64,000 bases of DNA, from assembly GCA_039621445.1 (NCBI GenBank), contig CP154954.1, positions 17,514,589 to 17,578,588 on the forward strand. Direction: 5' to 3'. The notes under the pieces are model-generated. The model was not told the DNA's origin, made no database searches, and saw nothing but the letters and a program-made list of their open reading frames with translations. The translations under genes were made by a program, and so were the position numbers. Every line of letters starts with the position of its first letter. Within the stretch, counting starts at the first letter, position 1. The stretch is from Euglena gracilis (taxonomy: Eukaryota). Below are positions 58,501 to 64,000 of this stretch, piece after piece.

Positions 58501-61500
58501 GAACAATCCTCCGGGGGGGCAGCTCAGACTTCTCTGAGGTTTGACCATCCATCATGCGATGACTCTGGGGACTTGGGGGTCATCACCGCTGCCAGGAGGA
58601 CACCATCCGTCCGCCCCCGCCAACACCAATTCAGCAACTGCCCGTCCCCCAACCCTTCGTCCCAGGTTGGGCTCCCTCCAAACCCAGTTTGGCCCGTGTG
58701 GACACCCTTTGTTGACACCATTGCTGTTCTGCATTCATGTAAACATCCACGTCACAATCTCGCCCCATTTTCCGGCCAGCAGCACCATCGGATTGGCGTG
58801 CTGGAGGATATTAAGGCTGCCACCCCCCCCCCCACATCAACCCACAACCACACAGTGTTTGTGGGTGTGGATGAATATGCTTTTTTTGCGTGAAAAAATC
58901 TCACCACCAACACGCAGTTGGTGGTGAGCCAACCACCCATGGCCCTGCCTCCTGCTCGCTGGAGTGACTGCGGCCAAAACAGCCGCCATTCCACGCAGCC
59001 ACACCCCGCGGCCAGCCCTCTCAACCCCCATTTTCCAGCCAGCAACGTCACCCGTCCAATGCGCAGGCTGTAACAGAAATGGATGGGCCCCAATCAGCCT
59101 TGAAAAAAAAATCACCTGTCGTGCGGGAACACGACCAAACAGGTGTTCCAGGGGCCTCAGTAGCATCGACCAAGTTGAGATGTGCATCACAGAGCAGAAG
59201 ACTTGTGGGTTGGCATCATCGAGCCCCCATGCGGGTTGGTCACCACATCTCCTCCCCAACCCCCCTTCCCGCCTGGGTCTGGGTCTGTGTCTCTGCGCCC
59301 GTGTGCGTGCGCACCTGTTGTGCTGTGCGATTTCGTGTGCGCTAAAAGCGAAACCAATGCCGACCCCGGCCCAGCCCACACCCCACCCAACCGGGAACAA
59401 TCCTCCGGGGGGCAGCTCAGACTTCTCTGAGGTTTGACCATCCATCATGCGATGACTCTGGGGACTTGGGGGTCATCACAGCTGCCAGGAGGACACCATC
59501 CGTCCGCCCCCGCCAACACCAATTCAGCAACTGCCCGTCCCCCAACCCTTCGTCCCAGGTTGGGCTCCCTCCAAACCCAGTTTGGCCCGTGTGGACACCC
59601 TTTGTTGACACCATTGCTGTTCTGCATTCATGTAAACATCCACGTCACAATCTCGCCCCATTTTCCGGCCAGCAGCACCATCGGATTGGCGTGCTGGAGG
59701 ATATTAAGGCTGCCACCCCCCCCCCCACATCAACCCACAACCACACAGTGTTTGTGGGTGTGGATGAATATGCTTTTTTTGCGTGAAAAAATCTCACCAC
59801 CAACACGCAATTGGTGGTGAGCCAACCACCCATGGCCCTGCCTCCTGCTCGCTGGAGTGACTGCGGCCAAAACAGCCGCCATTCCACGCAGCCACACCCC
59901 GCGGCCAGCCCTCTCAACCCCCATTTTCCAGCCAGCAACGTCACCCGTCCAATGCGCAGGCTGTAACAGAAATGGATGGGCCCCAATCAGCCCTGAAAAA
60001 AAAATCACCTGTCGTGCGGGAACACGACCAAACAGGTGTTCCAGGGGCCTCAGTAGCATCGACCAAGTTGAGATGTGCATCACAGAGCAGAAGACTTGTG
60101 GGTTGGCATCATCGAGCCCCCATGCGGGTTGGTCACCACATCTCCTCCCCAACCCCCCTTCCCGCCTGGGTCTGGGTCTGTGTCTCTGCGCCTGTGTGTG
60201 TGCGCACCTGTTGTGCTGTGCGATTTCGTGTGCGCTAAAAGCGAAACCAATGCCGACCCCGGCCCAGCCCACACCCCACCCAACCGGGAACAATCCTCCG
60301 GGGGGGCAGCTCAGACTTCTCTGAGGTTTGACCATCCATCATGCGATGACTCTGGGGACTTGGGGGTCATCACCGCTGCCAGGAGGACACCATCCGTCCG
60401 CCCCCGCCAACACCAATTCAGCAACTGCCCGTCCCCCAACCCTTCGTCCCAGGTTGGGCTCCCTCCAAACCCAGTTTGGCCCGTGCACCCTTTGTTGACA
60501 CCATTGCTGTTCTGCATTCATGTAAACATCCACGTCACAATCTCGCCCCATTTTCCGGCCAGCAGCACCATCGGATTGGCGTGCTGGAGGATATTAAGGC
60601 TGCCACCCCCCCCCCCCACATCAACCCACAACCACACAGTGTTTGTGGGTGTGGATGAATATGCTTTTTTTGCGTGAAAAAATCTCACCACCAACACGCA
60701 GTTGGTGGTGAGCCAACCACCCATGGCCCTGCCTCCTGCTCGCTGGAGTGACTGCGGCCAAAACAGCCGCCATTCCACGCAGCCACACCCCGCGGCCAGC
60801 CCTCTCAACCCCCATTTTCCAGCCAGCAACGTCACCCGTCCAATGCGCAGGCTGTAACAGAAATGGATGGGCCCCAATCAGCCTTGAAAAAAAAATCACC
60901 TGTCGTGCGGGAACACGACCAAACAGGTGTTCCAGGGGCCTCAGTAGCATCGACCAAGTTGAGATGTGCATCACAGAGCAGACGACTTGTGGGTTGGCAT
61001 CATCGAGCCCCCATGCGGGTTGGTCACCACGTCTCCTCCCCAACCCCCCTTCCCGCCTGGGTCTGGGTCTGTGTCTCTGCGCCCGTGTGCGTGCGCACCT
61101 GTTGTACTGTGCGGTTTTGTGTGCGCTAAAAGCGAAACCAATGCCGACCCCGGCCCAGCCCACACCCCACCCAACCGGGAACAATCCTCCGGGGGGCAGC
61201 TCAGACTTCTCTGAGGTTTGACCATCCATCATGCGATGACTCTGGGGACTTGGGGGTCATCACCGCTGCCAGGAGGACACCATCCGTCCGCCCCCGCCAA
61301 CACCAATTCAGCAACTGCCCGTCCCCCAACCCTTCGTCCCAGGTTGGGCTCCCTCCAAACCCAGTTTGGCCCGTGTGGACACCCTTTGTTGACAACATTG
61401 CTGTTCTGCATTCATATAAACATCCACGTCACAATCTCGCCCCATTTTCCGGCCAGCAGCACCATCGGATTGGCGTGCTGGAGGATATTAAGGCTGCCAC

Positions 61501-63344
61501 CCCCACACCAACCCACAGCCACACAGTGTTTGTGGGTGTGGATGAATATGCTTTTTTGCGTGAAAAAATCTCACCGCCAACACGCAGTTGGTGGTGAGCC
61601 AACCACCCATGGCCCTGCCTCCTGCTCGCTGGAGTGACTGCGGCCAAAACAGCCGCCATTCCACGCAGCCACACCCCACGGCCAGCCCTCTCAACCCCCA
61701 TTTTCCAGCCAGCAACGTCACCCGTCCAATGCACAGGCTGTAACAGAAATGGATGGGCCCCAATCAGCCTTGAAAAAAAAATCACCTGTCGTGCGGGAAC
61801 ACGACCAAACAGGTGTTCCAGGGGCCTCAGTAGCATCGACCAAGTTGAGATGTGCATCACAGAGCAGACGACTTGTGGGTTGGCATCATCGAGCCCCCAT
61901 GCGGGTTGGTCACCACGTCTCCTCCCCAACCCCCCTTCCTGCCTGGGTCTGGGTCTGTGTCTCTGCGCCCGTGTGCGTGCGCACCTGTTGTGCTGTGCGA
62001 TTTCGTGTGCGCTAAAAGCGAAACCAATGCCGACCCCGGCCCAGCCCACACCCCACCCAACCGGGAACAATCCTCCGGGGGGCAGCTCAGACTTCTCTGA
62101 GGTTTGACCATCCATCATGCGATGACTCTGGGGACTTGGGGGTCATCACCGCTGCCAGGAGGACACCATCCGTCCGCCCCCGCCAACACCAATTCAGCAA
62201 CTGCCCGTCCCCCAACCCTTCGTCCCAGGTTGGGCTCCCTCCAAACCCAGTTTGGCCCGTGTGGACACCCTTTGTTGACACCATTGCTGTTCTGCATTCA
62301 TGTAAACATCCACGTCACAATCTCGCCCCATTTTCCGGCCAGCAGCACCATCGGATTGGCGTGCTGGAGGATATTAAGGCTGCCACCCCCCCCCCCCCAC
62401 ACCAACCCACAACCACACAGTGTTTGTGGGTGTGGATGAATATGCTTTTTTTGCGCGAAAAAATCTCACCACCAACTCGCAGTTGGTCCGGCCAAAACAG
62501 CCGCCATTCCACGCAGCCACACCCCGCGGCCAGCCCTCTCAACCCCCATTTTCCAGCCAGCAACGTCACCCGTCCAATGCGCAGGCTGTAACAGAAATGG
62601 ATGGGCCCCAATCAGCCTTGAAAAAAAAACCACCTGTCGTGCGGGAACACGACCAAACAGGTGTTCCAGGGGCCTCAGTAGCATCGACCAAGTTGAGATG
62701 TGCATCACAGAGCAGACGACTTGTGGGTTGGCATCATCGAGCCCCCATGCGGGTTGGTCACCACGTCTCCTCCCCAACCCCCCTTCCCGCCTGGGTCTGG
62801 GTCTGTGTCTCTGCGCCCGTGTGCGTGCGCACCTGTTGTGCTGTGCGATTTCGTGTGCGCTAAAAGCGAAACCAATGCCGACCCTGGCCCAGCCCACACC
62901 CCACCCAACCGGGAACAATCCTCCGGGGGGGGGGGGCAGCTCAGACTTCTCTGAGGTTTGACCATCCATCATGCGATGACTCTGGGGACTTGGGGGTCAT
63001 CACCGCTGCCAGGAGGACACCATCCGTCCGCCCCCGCCAACACCACTTCAGCAACTGCCCGTCCCCCAACCCTTCGTCCCAGGTTGGGCTCCCTCCAAAC
63101 CCAGTTTGGCCCGTGTGGACACCCTTTGTTGACACCATTGCTGTTCTGCATTCATATAAACATCCAAGTCACAATCTCGCCCCATTTTCCGGCCAGTGTC
63201 TCTACCTTTTAGTCATGGATAATAATGCTGTCAGAGTATAGTCACCCTCTACTCCCATCCATGCAACTGCCATTTGTCTTTTTTTGAAACAGTTTTCGGC
63301 CTTTTTGTATTCTCTCCAAAAAGAATCTCTGCAGCAGTTCGCAC

Positions 63345-63523
63345 CTCATCATAGTTGAATTTCTCGTCCCCTGTCAAGGCACCGAACTTCTTGAGGGTGT
63401 CCTTCTCCAGCTCCCCCTGCTTGCCCTTGGAGTCATAAGAATAGAAACCCTTGCCCGTCTTCGTCCCCAGGTTGGGGGTCTTGGCCATGGCGTCAAGCAC
63501 GGAGTTCAACACAAAGCGTGGGC
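63345..63523 (-). CDS. Internal exon of a 3-hydroxyacyl-CoA dehydrogenase / multifunctional beta-oxidation enzyme (C-terminal domain)
   Basis: Translation GPRFVLNSVLDAMAKTPNLGTKTGKGFYSYDSKGKQGELEKDTLKKFGALTGDEKFNYDE contains the LGxKTGxGFYxY motif of 3HCDH C-terminal domains. Acceptor ttttgccccAG and donor GAG|GTGCG. GC3-rich codons. Confidence 0.8.
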
Positions 63524-63584
63524 CTGGGGCAAAAATGGTTTTACTTCCACACTATGTGGCGGCAGCCAACAAAATACAACGCAC

Positions 63585-63752
63585 AATATAATATAATATA
63601 ATATAATATACTATACTATAATATATTATCCTATAACACAATAGAATGTAATAATATAATATAATATAATATAACAAAATGTAAGATAATTAATGTAATA
63701 CAATTAATGTAATGCAATATAATATAATATGGTATAATATAACATAATATAA
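63585..63752. repeat. Degenerate (AATAT)n microsatellite, intronic
   Basis: Directly visible AT-rich pentamer repeats. Confidence 0.9.
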
Positions 63753-64000
63753 CAGCAGCCAATCAGTCATTTTTGGCTGGTGGAGACTAAGGGTATCGCG
63801 CAGGCATTCAATTAACTGTGCTACATAATCGGCAAACATGTATTGCGAGAATGAATGAAACTTGTATGAATAGAACTTAGGCGGTGCATCTCGCACTTAA
63901 ACTTTTTTTGGTTGATTTGCAGAAATCGACCAATTTTTTGATTTAGGCGCCGGTGTTGCAAGAGGTGAGGGCGAGAGGCGACAGGCGGACGATGAATCCA

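Larger units (their letters stand above)
45034..63196 (-). repeat. Tandem array 2: ~21 units of ~893 bp, each with two box C/D snoRNA-like genes and probable AGA-box hairpin RNAs on the minus strand
   Basis: GGCAGCTCAGACTTCTCTGAGG recurs 20 times (~45318 to ~62936), plus one garbled unit at ~53.9-54.5 kb. Some copies have internal deletions. Confidence 0.95.

Noticed and set aside
22187-63196. Arrays as SL RNA, 5S rRNA, tRNA or spliceosomal snRNA repeats
   Set aside because: I found no euglenozoan spliced-leader exon plus GT donor, no 5S signature, no tRNA cloverleaf and no U-snRNA motif by eye. An Rfam scan would be decisive.
22340-63241. Hundreds of recurring 60-240 aa ORFs in the arrays
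   Set aside because: Frames are broken differently from copy to copy by homopolymer and other indels, with no recognisable motifs or codon bias. The conserved parts are the ncRNA-like cassettes.

Overview
Eukaryotic nuclear DNA, most likely from a euglenid. This is inferred from stem-paired non-GT-AG introns with CAG at +4..+6 and CTG at -8..-6. Bases ~3.1-21.8 kb hold a + strand multi-exon gene for a protein I do not recognise. It has four copies of an ~80-aa domain (consensus P-x(3-4)-[ED]YP...F[VA]xxxGxL...VLx[VA][WF]RxxNPxL) and a Glu/Pro/Val-rich repeat exon. Each domain is bounded by phase-1 GT-AG introns and split by one nonconventional intron, at a different position each time. The introns and upstream DNA carry non-autonomous DNA elements: CAGG...CCTG-ended MITEs with 8-bp TSDs, and GGC...GCC-ended foldback elements with 9-bp TSDs, one of which holds a ~48-copy 77-bp satellite. 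Bases ~22.2-63.2 kb are two long tandem arrays (~970/800-bp and ~893-bp units). They are not protein-coding, and each unit carries box C/D snoRNA-like genes; array 2 also has single-hairpin AGA-box candidates. Array 1 has a mirror-image inversion around a garbled centre, which may be partly an assembly artefact. The last ~800 bp differ in composition and contain a minus-strand exon of a 3-hydroxyacyl-CoA dehydrogenase-type enzyme. Nearly all ORFs in the supplied track are spurious.
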